Positions 23,731-36,097 of a stretch of DNA of 64,000 bases are shown piece by piece. Each line of letters opens with the position of its first letter. Position 1 is the stretch's first letter. This DNA is from Phoronis australis. Taxonomy: Eukaryota; Animalia; Phoronida. The stretch is from NCBI GenBank assembly GCA_002633005.1, contig NMRA01000374.1, forward strand, positions 373,955-437,954, read 5' to 3'. The translations under genes were made by a program, and so were the position numbers. The notes beneath the pieces are model-generated. The model was not told the origin of the DNA. It saw only the letters and a list, made by a program, of their open reading frames with translations, and did not search any database.

Positions 23731-25814
23731 GTGGTGCCACAGGAAACATGATTAGTGCATCGTGTGCACGTTCGTTGGGCGCGAAAAATCGTAAAAATTC
23801 CCAAACCGCCTTCCAGGCCGATGGTACATCTACTCTACAGGTTGTGGGGAAACTCGACTTGTCTTCACACGTGACAAGCATTCCTTCGTTTTTCACGGTC
23901 TTGTTATCGAGTCTCTTGACGTAGACGTCTTGGCAGCAGCCCCATTTATGACTTATAACGACATTTCAGTACGACCTGCTCGTAAGGTTATCACATTGGT
24001 CGACGGATCTACATACACTTATGGCCAACCCGTAAACCAATACCCACAACCCACAGCACGACTGTGCCACGTATTACGTGCTCCACCTCACTCGACAGCC
24101 ATCTGGCCTGGTGATTGTCTTGAGTTGGAGGCCCCGTCCGATTTCACCGATCCTGAAGAACATCTTGCAATCGAACCTCGCTGCGACAGCATTAGCCTCC
24201 GCTCCACGGGTGTTTCCCAGCTATAGCCACAACCCACCATTCTTGCTCCGACTAATGGCAAAATTCGCCTGTTCAACAAAACCGATGAACCGCGATTTTT
24301 GCGACGAGATGAGCAGTTTTGCCAGGTACACGCCGTGTTCACTAATTCAGAGGTTCCATCTGGATCCCCGTCAGCCGCCCAATGTATCTCATCCCCCAAA
24401 ACTACCTTGGATCATAATCGCTTTGTTGTCGTTGATCCCGACAATATTCTGCAAGCTGCAGATCGGGACAGGTTCCACGCCCTACATCAAGAATTTGCTC
24501 ATGTATTTGATCCGCAATACCTCGTTTCTAGTCAAGAAGCCCCACGAGGTTTTCGTTTAGTTACAGAATTTTCAGACGTCGGCCGGTACGCCAAGCCCCA
24601 ACCATCTCACATGCCTGACGTAGATTACGTGCTTCGGAAGATTGCTCAATGGAAGTTCATCATCAAGACTGATCTTACGAGTGCCTTCTATCAAATTCCT
24701 TTGTCCCGAAAGTCCATGAAATATTGTGAAGTATTCACACCTTTCCGAGTTATCCGTGTCTACGCACGTTGCGCCATGGGTATGCCCGGTTCGGAAACCG
24801 CTTTAAAAGAGTTGACATGTCGTGTATTGGGAGAGCTTTTGGAAGAAGGAGCCGTGACCAAGCTCGCTGACGACCTATACTGTGGTGGTCAGACTATCAC
24901 AGAGTTGATTACCAACTGGAAAAGGGTGCTATATACATTGTCTACGGCGGATCTCCGTCTACTACAAAGACAGTCATAGCCCCACGACGCACAGAAGTCC
25001 TCGGCTGGATTTGGGAGATGGGTACTTTACAAGCTATCTCACATCGGATAGCTGCTCTCTCGTCTTGTCCCAAACCTGGTACTGTTCGGCAAAAGAGATC
25101 CTTCATCGGAGCCGTGAAAGCTATGTCGAGAGTCCTGCCTTACTGTGCTTCTTTCATCGCCCCACTGGACTCTGCTATATCGGGATGCGATTCCAAAGGC
25201 CGCATTACCTGGACCGATGAGTTACATGTTGCCTTCACATCAGCCCAAAAGGCATTGTCCACGTATAAAACTATCACTATACCCAGACCGGACGATCAGC
25301 TGTGGATAGTCACGGATGCCTCCGCCAAACACCCGGGCATCGCTGGTACACTGTATCTCTCTCGTGAGGACACGCCACGTGTTTGCGGCTTCTTCAGTGC
25401 GAAACTGAAATCACGTCAAGTTACTTGGATCCTATGCGAAATTGAAGCTCTCGCCATTGCTGCTTCCGTGAAACATTTTAGCCCTTATCTTATTCAGTCA
25501 GCGCATCCTGCTATCATACTTACTGACAGCAAGCCTTGTGTACAAGCTTTCGAGAAACTCTGCAGGGGCGAATTCTCAGTCAGTCCTCGCGTGTTGACGT
25601 TTCTCTCCACCGTTTCTCGCTATCAGGCTATCGTTCGTCACGTATTTGGTGCCACTAACATCGTCTCCGACTTTGCGAGTTGCCACAGCCCGGAGTGCAC
25701 CGACGCTTCTTGCCAAGTGTGCCTTTTCGTGAACACTCTGGAAGATTGTGTGGTGCTCCATGCGACTGCTGCCGAGGTCCTTCAGGGAGAACACAAGCTT
25801 CCGTTCACCACCAG

Positions 25815-28800
25815 TGTGGTGTATGTGGTAATACCAGCTACCAACATATATGATCAATAAATGAAGAAAACCGAGCCAATGTCAAATACCAAAAAACAAC
25901 TTTATCAGCCATCAACTTCAACATGCCATCTAGGCGACTACCGTAACAATTACACAAAACTCTGATCTGAAGATATCGAGTCCGACTCTTAAGGAGTTGT
26001 TGATCGAGTTATACTAAAGAGTCCAAATGTCTCATTTCCTCCCTTTTTAAGTTTGAGAGTAATGTCAGTAAAAATTCAATAAAACTTTAACACATGTTTA
26101 ACTAACAAACAAATCATTCAGAACGCATTGATAACAAAGGGTAGACTACCTTTGTTATTTCCTAATAAAGGTATCTGGAGATTATTCTGCCCCACACAAA
26201 CACTTAATCACAGATCCAACTTCTGAGGGGGTTTCACTACACGGGAGGATCTTCGCAGTGCTTTTTCACTTGGTGGCAGCTGCGGTGAGCGTGGCGGTTC
26301 GGTTAATTGCTAACCAACTTCGGGTTTCGAAGACGAAGATTCCACACCAGGACTGGTGTCAATAGTGGATACATGTAGCTCTGTAGTTGAGCCAATAGTA
26401 TCTACAGTAGGACTAGGATGGGTGTCCTGAATCTCATCATCCATACCAGGATTGGCACGGAGACGGATGTGATCCATGTGACGATGAACCACACGATTGT
26501 CCAACAACTGGATCTTATAAGACAGAGGACCAGTCTGCGATGATTTCTACGGATAACCAGACTGCACCACGACCGAAGTTACGAACACTAACAGTGTCTC
26601 CAACCTCCACGGATCTGCTTCTGACATGGTTGTCATGGGAACTCTCGACTGTTCCCGCAGTACTTTTGACGAAGTTTCTGGTCGCATGAGATCCAACGTA
26701 GAGCGTATCCTACGTTTAAACATCATCAGATCTGCTGGGGTACTCCCTGTTGTACTCTGCGGAGTAGTCCTGTATCGAGCCAGAAAACGATACATCTTGT
26801 TTTCGAGACTACCACCATCCATTTTTTTGATACCATTCTTCAGAGTCTGGACAGCTCTTTCTGCGAGTCCATTCGAAGAGGGGTGGTAGGGGCTTGAGAA
26901 GATGTGATGAATACCATTGGTGTTGGTAAATTCTCGGAATTCCGCACTAGCAAAACAACTTCCGTTGTCGGTAACAATTGATCTTGGCAGTCCATGGGTA
27001 GCGAACAATTGTAGCAATCTGTCAATTGTCGCACCAGATGTGGTTGTCGTCATAACGGCACCATCTATCCACTTGGAGTGGGCGTCAATAACAATCAGAA
27101 TCCACTTTCCATTCAGTGGTCCTGCGTAGTCGATATGTAACCGATCCCATGGATTGGGAGGCCACTCCCACGGATGTAGAGGAGACTTTGGTGGTGGTTT
27201 GGCTGCGGCCTGACAGGTAGAGCACTCCTTCACCTGTGCTTCAATGTCATCATCTAGATGTGGCCACCACACAAAACTTCTTGCGAGAGCTTTCATCTTG
27301 ACAATGTGTAGCACGAAGCTCTGCCCCATGACACACACCCAGCTTCGGTGCTCAGCTCATCTCTTCTGCTGTAAAATGGCATGATTTCTGGACCAATATC
27401 AGCACCATTGATCCAGCCAGACTGTGTCATGGTATAGACTTTCGAGATAACAGGGTCGCGCTGAGTCCATAACTTCACCTGAGCGGCAGAAACAGATGTC
27501 TTAGAAAACATGTGGTCCATCAACAGTACAACATCACCAGGAGTAGGGACAGCGATGTCAGGAGATTTTAGAGGTAGACGGCTCATGGCGTCTGCATTAC
27601 CATTGTCTTTGGCGGCTCAGTAACGGATGGCATAGTCGTAAGCTGCGAGTGTGAGCGACCTGTGCTGGACTCTAGGCGATGCCATTTGTGGAACAGTTCT
27701 GTTTTCACAGAACAGGCCCAGCAGTGGTTTGTGATCGGTCAGAATTTTGAATTTTCTGCCATAGAGGTACTGGTGAAAATGCTCGACTCCAAAGATAACT
27801 CCCAGACCTTCTTTGTCCAACTGTGAATACTTCACTTCTGCTGGTGCCAGAGTGCGTGATGCAAAACCAACTGGATGTTCTTTACCATCATCCATTATCT
27901 GCGACAGTACTGTCCCAACGCCATATGGGGACGCATCACACGCTAGGGTAAGTTCTCTGGCAGGGTCAAAATGCACTAACACTGGTGATGACTTGAGGAG
28001 TTCCTTGGACTTACGAAAAGCCTCGTCCTGAGCATGGCCCCAACGGAAATGTACGTCTTTCCTTGTCAGGTAATGTAATGGAACCAGCAGTGATGACAAA
28101 TTTGGTAAGAATTTGCCATAGTATTTCAGAAGACCTAGGTATGATCTTAGTTCTTGCAGACAGGTAGGTGCAGGTGTCTCCACAATGGCTTTGACCTTGT
28201 CTTCTACCGGATGAAGTCCAGTTGAGTCGATTTTGTGTCCCAGGTAAGACACCGATGGTACCAGGAAAGTACACTTTTCCTTCCTAAGTTTGACTCCAGC
28301 CTTCTCCAGACGTTGGAGAACCAAATCTAAGGCTGTCAGATGTTCCTACTCAGATGATCCTGTCACTAGAATGTCATCCAGATTACAACAGACACCTGGA
28401 ATGTCTGACAATAAATTGTCAACAATCCTCTGAAAAATCCCAGGGGCTGATGAAATTCCAAACGGCAGTCTTGTGTATTGGTATAAGCCTCGTTGTGTAT
28501 TGATGGTTGTGTATTTGCGTAAGGACTCATCCAGTACAACTTGCAGGTACGCGTTGCTCTGATCTATTTTTGTGAACGCTTTCCCTCCTGCTAAACGAGA
28601 GTACAGATCCTCCACCTTGGGGATTGGATAAGTGTCGGTATGCGTGATTGCATTTACCGTGCTCCTAAAATCTCCACAAATTCTGACTTGCTTTCCATCA
28701 TGTTTGACCACAGGCACGATTGGTGTTGCCCATTCTGAATGTTGTACGCGTTCAATAATACGTTCTCTCTCGAGCCGATCCAGCTCTTTTGCTACTTTAT

Positions 28801-30157
28801 CTCGAACTGCGTACGGTACTGGTCTGGCTTTCAGAAAACGTGGTACAACGTCCGGTTTGACATGCAGATTCGCTTTGACGTTCTTGATACAACCAAGTTC
28901 ATTGGCGAACAAAGCGCTGTGTTTCTGAAGTAAATCTTTCACACCAGGAGTTTTCGCCACATGAACATCATGAATCTTTCGCCAGTTCAGTTTGATTTTG
29001 TTCATCCAATTTCGGCCAAACAAACTTGGGCCGTCGCCTGTAGCAACGAGATGCGGGAGGGTATAACGGTTACCACCATATGCGACTGTTATCTCACCCT
29101 GACCTTTCACAGGTACAATTTCACCTGTGTAGGTTGACAAAGAGTCACTGACCGGAACTTGTTTTGGTTTTAGTTCATCATAGTTCGGCCATAAAGTTTT
29201 GAATGTGTTCTCACTGATCACAGTCGACGCTGCGCCGGTATCAATTTCCATTGTAACTTTCTGACCATTTAGACTGACGTCCACTGTGAATGGCGGAGTG
29301 TGTGATGTACCGTCGCTGACCTTGTACAACGTGTGCACCGAAGCACTGTCGTCACATGTACCACCAGTAGCTTGTGCCTCTTCTTCGTGCAGATGGTAAG
29401 TTTTGTGATCACTTTTCTGTGGCTGACCGCGAGCTTGTTTATTTCCTTTGGTCCGGCATGTACGAATGATGTGGCCCCTTTTCTTGTAGTAATGACAAGT
29501 GGCATTGCGAAACGGACAGTCCTGCTGACTGTGGTTACCGTGGCAACGATATCAGTTACCCTTGTCAGGAGGATTCTTACTCTGACTGGAATTGAATGGC
29601 GGTTGGTTGTGAGTTTTCTTGGTCTTGTCCATCTTGTAGTGATGTTTAACGTGATGCACGGCTGCTTTAGTATCACCACCACATTCTTGAATGTTCTTGG
29701 TCGCGGCTTCCAGTGATTGTGCTGTTTTAAGTGCTGTGGCGTACGAAAAGTCATTTTTTTGACTGAGTTCCATCAAACGTTTCTTGACATGTGCATCTCG
29801 CACGCCAACCGCGATACGATCACGGAGCATGTTCTCCAGCTGATTTCCAAAATCACAGTCTTTTGCAATCGATTTAAGTTCAGCAACATAGTCTGATATG
29901 CTCTGGTTAGCAGATTGCGAGCACGAGTTGAACGCAAAACGTTGTGAGCATGATGACGGCTTCGGGTGGTAATGATCTTTCAATACTTTGGTCAGTGCAT
30001 CAAATGTTTTGTCTGTGAGGGCATCAGGTGACACTAAATTTGTCAAAATTTTAAATGTGTCTGTACCACAGGAACTCAGGAGAATGGCCCTATTCTTGGC
30101 ATCATCTGTGACGTCATTCGCGATGAAATAAAATTTCAACCGCTCAATATAAGCTGT
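25815..30157 (-). mobile_element. Nested Mag-like Gypsy LTR retrotransposon (gag-pol, frameshifted); 5' end lost in the N gap
   Basis: Gag (YIERLKFYFIANDV, LRDRI), protease EIDTGAA, RT (WATPIVPV, RICGDFR, LPFGISSAPGIFQ, NLDDILV), RNase H (ACDASPYG, TDHKPL), integrase (HIDYAGP, VTDNG, SNGLAER). PPT AAAAAGGGAGGAAA precedes a candidate 3' LTR at 25815-26034. Confidence 0.95.
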
Positions 30158-30326
30158 NNNNNNNNNNNNNNNNNNNNNNNNNNNNNNNNNNNNNNNNNNN
30201 NNNNNNNNNNNNNNNNNNNNNNNNNNNNNNNNNNNNNNNNNNNNNNNNNNNNNNNNNNNNNNNNNNNNNNNNNNNNNNNNNNNNNNNNNNNNNNNNNNNN
30301 NNNNNNNNNNNNNNNNNNNNNNNNNN
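30158..30326. other. Assembly gap (N run)
   Basis: Run of N. Confidence 1.
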
Positions 30327-33193
30327 CAGAGTACCTCTGATACACCTGCGACCGTTGGGACGTCGTTTGCAGCTGACGTCATGAAGCGCGAGCGACAGCT
30401 GATTTTGGTACTCCGAGAGTGCGTCTCGTCTTACACAGCTGCTTGTATCATTGCTTCTGAACGCCACGAGGACCTTCGAAATGGTCTTCTCCAAATGTGT
30501 CTCGAACTGCACTCGTTAGACGGCCCTCGTGCAGTTATCCGTACAGATCCGGCTTCAGGTTTCCAGGCTCTTCAAAAGGACAAACTCCTAGAACATCATT
30601 GCATTTCAATTGAGATCGGACGCATCAAGAATCTCAACCATAATCCTGTCGCAGAGAAGGCCATACAGGAGTTGTCACACGAGTTACTGCGTGATTAGCA
30701 TGGAGCCGGCAATGTCAGATCCTTACAGCTGGTCGTAGCTGTTGCTCGATTGAACAGCCGCCTCTCCACCGGATTGTCTGCCAGAGAGATGTGGTTTCAG
30801 CGCGACCAGTTCACCAATTGCCAAATACCAGTTCATGACAACTTGTTGATCTCTTCCCAACGACAACGGCGCTCTATCAACCATGGACCCAGTGCACGAT
30901 CCAAGGCTCCTTTGGCCAACCAGGAAGTAGAATGCGACGCATCCATCGGCGATATCGTTTACCTCTACTCTGATAGGGAAAAGACCAGAGCCCGTCCACG
31001 ACACCTCGTGGTTGCCTCCGATGGCGTGTGGTTGAGTGTTCGTAAATTTTTTGGAGATCAGTTACGTAATGCTTCTTACCGTGTCAAACCCAGCGAGTGT
31101 TACCGTGTTCCGTCAGAGATTACTGACATTCCAGCTGCATCACCTGACACTGCCCCTTGTGGCCACGATGACGACGACGAGTTCCCACCGTCTTCCGCAG
31201 TTCCAGTATCCGTTTCATCACTGCCCTCGTCCTGCAATCCACCTTCATGGTGCAACAACGGTGTACTACTTTCACGTGGCCCACGTGCCGCCCCAGCTGT
31301 GCCATCCACCATCATTCCTCCCCCTGATGTATCCTGCCAGCTTGGTTCTACGACAACGCCTGCTGTTGTATCCCCCGTCTTCCCTGCTCATCGAGAGGCC
31401 CAGCGAAGTTCGCAACGGCTGCGCCACAAACCTCATTGGAAAACGGACGATTGGCTTTATGACTGATTTTGGCTACTTTGTTAACGCCATAGTAACTTAT
31501 TAGCACTGCGTTTACTATTTTTGTTTTCTACTACCCGTTCTTAGTGTAAGTTTACCTCATTTTCTGTGACAGAAGAGGCAACGACAGCTGACTTACTAAG
31601 GTGCGTTGCCGTAAGCCGCGACGAAGGATAATATGTCATATTTTATCACATCTGGCGGTTGCCGAGCATCATAGCAACGACCGGCCTGGTGAATCTTCGG
31701 CCAGCCAGGCTGTGTTTTTATGACTACGGGTTGATCGAAACAGATGCATTTTTCTTGCCAAAAGGACAGGGCCGGCCTCAGTACCTAGATTTTGGGGCCG
31801 AATGTCGGCCGTATTCCCCTCTCAAAAATATTGACAAATCACGCGAAATTTCCCCCACGAGGCCCAATTAAAATTCCCCGGCTAGTGATCGAAAATTTCT
31901 CTCCAAAGTTCAAATCAACCGGTTGTAAACACACAGGTGACAATTTGAAAAAGCACAAATATCTAACAAATGTTCAGTAATTTTAGCTCAGTAAAGTATA
32001 TATTTTCTGAAAGCAGAAAACCAGTTATTAAATTTACGAGTTTTACCCAATCTTCTCAGTATTAATTGATTGGGTCATGTGATTTAGTATTAAAAAGGAA
32101 TGGTTTATTCATTACCAAACGGGTTCGGTTAAACATAAACGTTCAACATAAAATCCGGCCCCCAAACAACGGTACAGTCTTCTGGATGATTATTTCATTT
32201 TAATTTTACGCAACTTTTATTTTTTCAGTGATAAAATGAAAAAGTGAAAGGAACCTGTTGATGTGCTAGCAGTGAAAGGCATTCTGTTCGGTAAGGAACG
32301 TTGAATGCGCGACGCAGTGCAAGAAGGCGGTCCAAGGATAATGCTATTCTGATGGAGGATAATATAGTTTTATTACATACTCTTCTACTGATACTACTGA
32401 GTCTGTTACAATCCATGTGATCATAAACTTATATAGTGACTTACATGAATCATAACAGGATATATACTGAACAAACATGTTTACTACAATTCCTCAAGTT
32501 GGGGGTGTATTACATAATATTCAATTCTCTGAACTATTCCTACACATGCACTCATCCTAAATCACCCCGATATGAGATCATACTCTAACAGAACCAACTA
32601 AAGTAATTCAATATTTTGAACAGGTGGAGCTCATAGCGGACCCCAAAAGAAGGACTGGTGGAGTACTCAAAGCTTGAAACCACTGCCGGCGAAGTGCAAA
32701 GTATGCGAAAAATGAACTAAAAGCGACGTGTCCTGTACGTTTCCCACAAAATATTTCACTAAGTGGATAGTTGCAGCGTAAGAACTACCACTGACGGGCA
32801 CTGGCGTCACTGATAAAGGCGTATCAAGCCACTGAGAAATCGACGCACTTCACCGTGGTAGATTAACTTGAAAACTGAGCAAATCTATATGCCCCCAAGC
32901 AACCTATATTATATGCCCCCCGGAGCAATCCCATAGCTTATCTTGCCGTCTCCGCGCCAGGACGGAGCGACCGGGTAAATCGACACTGACGGTCACTCAG
33001 GCACTGACACAGCTAGTCAGTCACGCACTGCCCGCCAACTGAATCGCACATATGGGGGGCGCGAAACCCGCAAGTCCGCGCCGGTGATCGGCGTCTTTCT
33101 ACTTGGTTTCTACAACGGGGGCAACGTTCGGGATGTCATCAAGGGCTTTAACTGCGTGGGATCAATTTAGCCGTTCTCATGCTTCTTATAGAC

Positions 33194-36070
33194 CTAGTGA
33201 TGTCAAAAAAGATGTATACTAGAGCCTAGTATAATCTAAAAGATCGAAATAAGCGCCGTTGCCCGCGCGACTGTGTCGCAATCCGACAGTTTCCATCCTT
33301 TCCATTACCACCTGCTCAATGCAATGCTCCACCAGTCAGCTTCGCAATCCTCGGCGACATCCGGTCTCGCCGTGACCACTAGGCAGGGCTCGACACTATG
33401 AAACTCGTCAGGTCGCATTTTGCGACCTAGCCAAAATCTCAGGTCACATTCTTAAAATCCAGCTCACATTCATAACTGTCCGGTCTCAAAAATTTCCCGC
33501 CAGTTTTACGCACCAAAATTTTAGATCATCGAGAAAATGTTTAGATTATGCTCTTACCTGTGGCGTTAAATACTCACAAATTTCAGGTCGCAAAATTAGA
33601 GGGATTTTACGAGTAGGTACGGCATTACATGGGCTGCGCACCATAGGTGGCTGGGGGGGGGGGGGGGATGGGCTATAGCCCCCACTTTTGCCAGTGCTAC
33701 GCCGCACATGGTCTATACGTGGTGTACCACAGGAGGGCTGAGGGGGCTTTAGACCCCCATTTTTTTCAGTGCTGCGCCGCCCATGCATTACGGTTCTTCA
33801 CGACAGCCGTTGAAAAACTCTAGGACACAAGTATAATTGCCAACGTCAAAGTTGAATCAGTGTTCTCCAACAGACACGTACATTCCAGTAGCTAAGTTTG
33901 CAATGTGAAAAGGGAGAAAATACTTGAAAAAGTATCCGTGATTTTGCTAGGTCTGACCTGCTTTGATGGCTGTCATTAAAGTCGTTAAAGATAAAACTGA
34001 ACGAAAACTCCCTCCACTTTTGGTTTGCATCCCAAACTTAAATGTACGTGTAGGCCTACTGATCTAGCAACTTAACTCGACGTTTGAAATATATCCTGTC
34101 GAAAAAATCCGTGAAACGTTGCACTAGCCGAATGACGTATTCGGATACTCGAGAACAATTCAATGCAAATTTCACAACAAAAATGTAGAACTTTCCATAA
34201 AACGAAAAGCTTCGTAATAATTCCTGATTCCGCGCGGATTCCATCGGGTAATTCGAGTTTGCTCCTCAGTACCTTCCGTGTATGGGAAAAATAGGTCAGT
34301 CACAAAACAACACGAAAGTCCCTAAAGTTAACTTTCTTTCGGAGGTATAAAATAAAGTCGGGGTTTGGTTTTTACATATTGATAAAAGACTTTTTTGAAA
34401 ACTGAGTTTGTTGTTGTGTAAAATGAAAGTGACTCACGAAATAGGTGCGTGTCAATTTCAAACCACGGGGGGGAGGCGTTTTAGTGCGCAATGATGGGCG
34501 CTAGCCTGAACTGTGGGCGCTTAATTTGAAACTCTCAAAAGTTGAGGGGAACGATTAGAAGACCACTGAGTGCTTATTAAGAAACACTTCGAAGGTAGGG
34601 AATAGGTGCATAGATGAGCATAGTCTATCGTTAACGGTAACATAAGTGTTTTGCAGCAATAAGAGATTGAATGACTGCAACAGTAAGAAATGTTATTGTA
34701 ATAGTATTCTGTAAGGCAAACTCCACTTCATTAGCGGTGACTTTCTGGCTATCGTCATCACTTACACTTTTCCTTTTTCAATCACCCGAAATAATGTTGT
34801 TTTTATTAGCCCGCTTCAGCCGAAACATTTCTTTTTATTGGAATAGGAATATTTTACGGCGTGGTCCGGGGAGCAAACTGAATTAGTAAAAAGTTCACTA
34901 ACTATGCACAATTTTGCATCTACCCGTTTTGTTGCAATAACTGGCTATGGGCATAGAACATCGCACCCAGGAACATCGACTCGGTGAAACATCGGAACAG
35001 GAAAATATCAGTACTGGGCTACATCGGTCCCGGGGAACACCGTAAAGCATCGGGTTTTTGAACCGCGGTGAATCTATTAGGCTCATTGTCAAATAAACCA
35101 TTGGCACTCAGGACTGTCGCTGTTATCTTGAGTGTGCAGCTTTGGAGTAGTGCGCACTTGTGAGTTCAGGCACTTGAATCGCCTACACTTTACGTTAGCA
35201 AACAACATGTCAGTGACAGACTACTCATATGTCGCACACGTAGCCCCGGCCAGAAACAAGTAAAGGGTTTGAAAATTTCTTGGTCACTCAAAACACTCTT
35301 TGCTGAAAGTAGAGACGTGGCCATCTTTTGGCGATTAATAAGGAGGCTATCGCCACGTTTACTGTCTTTTGCGATAGAAAAACGAGACGCTTATTTCCGC
35401 ATCACGATAGTCTGCCACCGCTTGCGCGCTAACAAGGGGGCCGACCATAGTCCAATTTAATATTATAGTGATAATGTCGCGAATATTTGATAATAACGTC
35501 ATATCTTACGTGAAAAATAAATTCGTTTTTCTACCACAAAGTTTGGCAAGTTGATCGATCGTGAATTGGTAAAAGACCGCTGTTTTGTGACGTTTCATCA
35601 CGTGTAATGCCGTGGTAATTAAGAATCTTTCTTCGGCACATCCGAAAATTTGCAAAAAGTAGCCGAAAATGTTATCCAATATGAGACTCGTCAAAGATCG
35701 ATTCTTCATTATATCATATTCACACAATAAGCTTACAAGCTCTCGGTTAGTATTCTTTTGAACTTGATTTGGCAACAACTACCAAATCACGGTCGGATTC
35801 AAATGAGTCAGTGCCGAAAAGTGTAAAAACTCAGCTCGCAGACTTCGGAAATTCCAGGTCACATTTTGCGACTTGATACGAGTTGGCAAAAATCTCAGCT
35901 CGCATTTCCATATAGTGATGTTATAAGAAAGATGTATGCATTAGAGCCTAGTATAATCTAAAAGATCGAAATAAGCGCAGTTACCCCCCGACGCGATTGT
36001 GTCGCAATCCGGACAGTTTCCAACGTGTCCTTCTTGTGCTCAATGCTCCACCAGCCAGCTACGCCATCCC
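33194..36070. repeat. Pair of ~160-bp diverged direct repeats (33194-33350 and 35913-36070) with hAT-like terminal fragments (CAGGGCTCG at 33384)
   Basis: Both copies share TAGAGCCTAGTATAATCTAAAAGATCGAAATAAGCGC...TGTGTCGCAATCC..ACAGTTTCCA. Confidence 0.7.
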
Positions 36071-36097
36071 CGGCTAGTTCACCACGCGCCAAAGGTA

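Larger units (their letters stand above)
22283..31466 (+). mobile_element. Decayed Ty3/Gypsy retrotransposon (copy 2 of the 'ADD-motif' family), interrupted by nested insertions
   Basis: PBS-like TGATGGCAGCG at 22406-22416. Gag 22424-23400 ([17 protein letters not shown]), protease D.GATG, RT (IKTDLTSAFYQIPL, AMGMPGSETAL, KLADDLYCGG), RNase H 25018-25814. Integrase resumes at 30327-31466 ([17 protein letters not shown]). The left boundary is tentative. Confidence 0.93.
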
